A stretch of 62,184 nucleotides of DNA, counting the filler, from Nemertoderma westbladi (Eukaryota; Animalia; Xenacoelomorpha), in the NCBI GenBank assembly GCA_032718475.1. It is 3 parts of 3 records of this genome, joined end to end, with 100 filler letters (N's around TTAATTAATTAA, not from the genome) between each part and the next. Parts side by side here need not be neighbours in the genome. Positions count along the whole stretch, not along the records: positions 51,365 to 62,184 come from JAUCBJ010008166.1; 2 more parts are not named here. One strand, given 5' to 3'. Of this stretch, positions 60,849 through 62,184 are shown piece by piece (the stretch's first letter is position 1; every line of letters starts with the position of its first letter). A model generated the notes under the pieces. That model had not been told where the DNA came from. It saw only the letters and a program-made list of their open reading frames with translations, and searched no databases. The position numbers and the translations under genes are program-made.

Positions 60849-62184
60849 ATGGAGGTAGCTCTACCATATGTATGCGGTTCGCAGATCGCCGACAACACTG
60901 CAATGTAGGCAGTTATTCTTTCTGTTAGCTATGGGCCAGCAAGGAAGAAAGAGGCAGCTGGAGCACCAACTGCCAAAAAACAGCGCACTTCATATCACAC
61001 GCTGTTGTTCGCCCTGTAAGTTAATAAAATATTTAATAATTAAATTGAATATTGAAATTGAAATTAATACCTTTTTTGAAATAATATGTTACCCACTTAA
61101 TATACATTTAACAGACGTGAAACACAGGATTCGATTTTCAGGAATTATAAAAATACCATAGCATCATTTAGACTGTTAAATTACAATTTAGTTTGACCAA
61201 AATGACCATAAAGTAAAATATATCACGTTTTACTGTAGCTGAACATATATTTTATAAAGATTAAAAGATTGTATAAATACTGAAATATATTAACAATAAA
61301 TAACATTTGAACCCTAATAATTATAATTATTTTTACACTACTGCACTAACATTAATATTTTTGGAAATTTATTCAGAGATTTAATTAGTGGCGAGACATT
61401 TGCCATGTTGGCTGAGCATCCCCATACTACGGCGTTATATTTTCACTCTGCTGGAGTTGGCGTCGGATCGTTCATACGGATAGTAGAACCAACAACCACT
61501 GGAAACACGATTGTTAATCTACCTGTGATTACCACGGACGCGAAGTTGGAGCCGATGAACGACCCGCCGACAATACCCCCAGTATCGAGTCTTCCATCCC
61601 TCATAAGCTCATCGAAGGAACTCAAAAGGCTTTTTTACATGCGACTAGAATCATTGCAGTTACAACGGGTGAGTTTATTGTCATGTTTATTCTTTAATGT
61701 CATAACTCAACACACAGTTACTAAAATTAAAAATAATAGTATGTTGTAAATGTATATAACAATGTTCTGAATTTGTAATATAGAATACTAAATACTAAAG
61801 CTGTACCTGCAAAATATTCTTGAGAAAAAGCAATCTACATTGAACGCAATCTATAGTTTTTCATTTTTTCAATCTGATATTATAGTGGTCATTTTGTGGT
61901 TAACCCTAAAAGGTATTTTATATATGAAGATATTATAATATATTTTCACACAATATACAGTATTTTATATTTACAGATCAACATCGTCCAAGGATGCAGA
62001 GGGGCAGTGTGCAGGGGCACCTACTACGGTAGGCCATGTCCCTGTTTTCGAATAGTGGACCCCGTTTGGGTACTTAATGCCGATGTCGTGCTTGAGGAAG
62101 TATTCGATAATGAGTCACGACGTATCCGCCCTCATTATTTCTGCAGTAATGATTTTACCTCATTATTCTTCGATAAAGCGCACC
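60849..62184 (+). pseudogene. Paralogue 2 of the OB-fold/C4-zinc family (3' end outside the window; in-frame TAG at codon 20)
   Basis: Exons 60849-61015, 61377-61668 and 61977-62184+ have GT-AG sites and matching phases (2, 0); TAG at 60906-60908. Confidence 0.65.

Noticed and set aside
33609-60908. In-frame TAA and TAG in two spliced ORFs suggesting stop-codon reassignment
   Set aside because: The PCF11 tail ends at TAA and the Kolobok ORF at TAG, and long intact ORFs contain no internal TAA/TAG; pseudogenisation or error is simpler

Overview
AT-rich, repeat-dense eukaryotic DNA, most likely from an invertebrate animal. It consists of three contigs (1-23219, 23320-51264, 51365-62184) joined by artificial 100-nt N spacers that carry a TTAATTAATTAA linker. 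Host genes: an intronless, GC-rich liprin-beta-like gene (12525-15338, minus); the last four coding exons of PCF11 (27372-31857) with an unusually long C-terminal tail; three exons of an unidentified Ser/Pro/Thr-rich gene (40345-48878); a small spliced pseudogene-like ORF (33558-34375); and two tandem paralogues (52.5-53.5 kb and 60.8-62.2 kb) of an unrecognised protein that looks like an OB fold followed by a C4-zinc OB fold, reminiscent of RPA70. Mobile DNA: a complete hAT (hATm-type) transposon (42716-46821, intact ORF, 8-bp TSD), a complete Kolobok transposon (56193-59456, TTAA TSD), P-element, Sola-like and hATm remnants, several LINE remnants, tRNA-derived SINEs, and a nested cluster of foldback elements with asymmetric GGGTCC...GGACCG ends (17.6-21.9 kb). 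One of these foldbacks carries inward-facing tRNA-Gly-like heads in both arms, and several share a conserved central core. Tandem arrays (45, 27, 18, 17 and 38-bp units) explain nearly all long ORFs in the supplied track. There is no CRISPR or other prokaryotic system. All family assignments come from motif recognition by eye; no searches were run.
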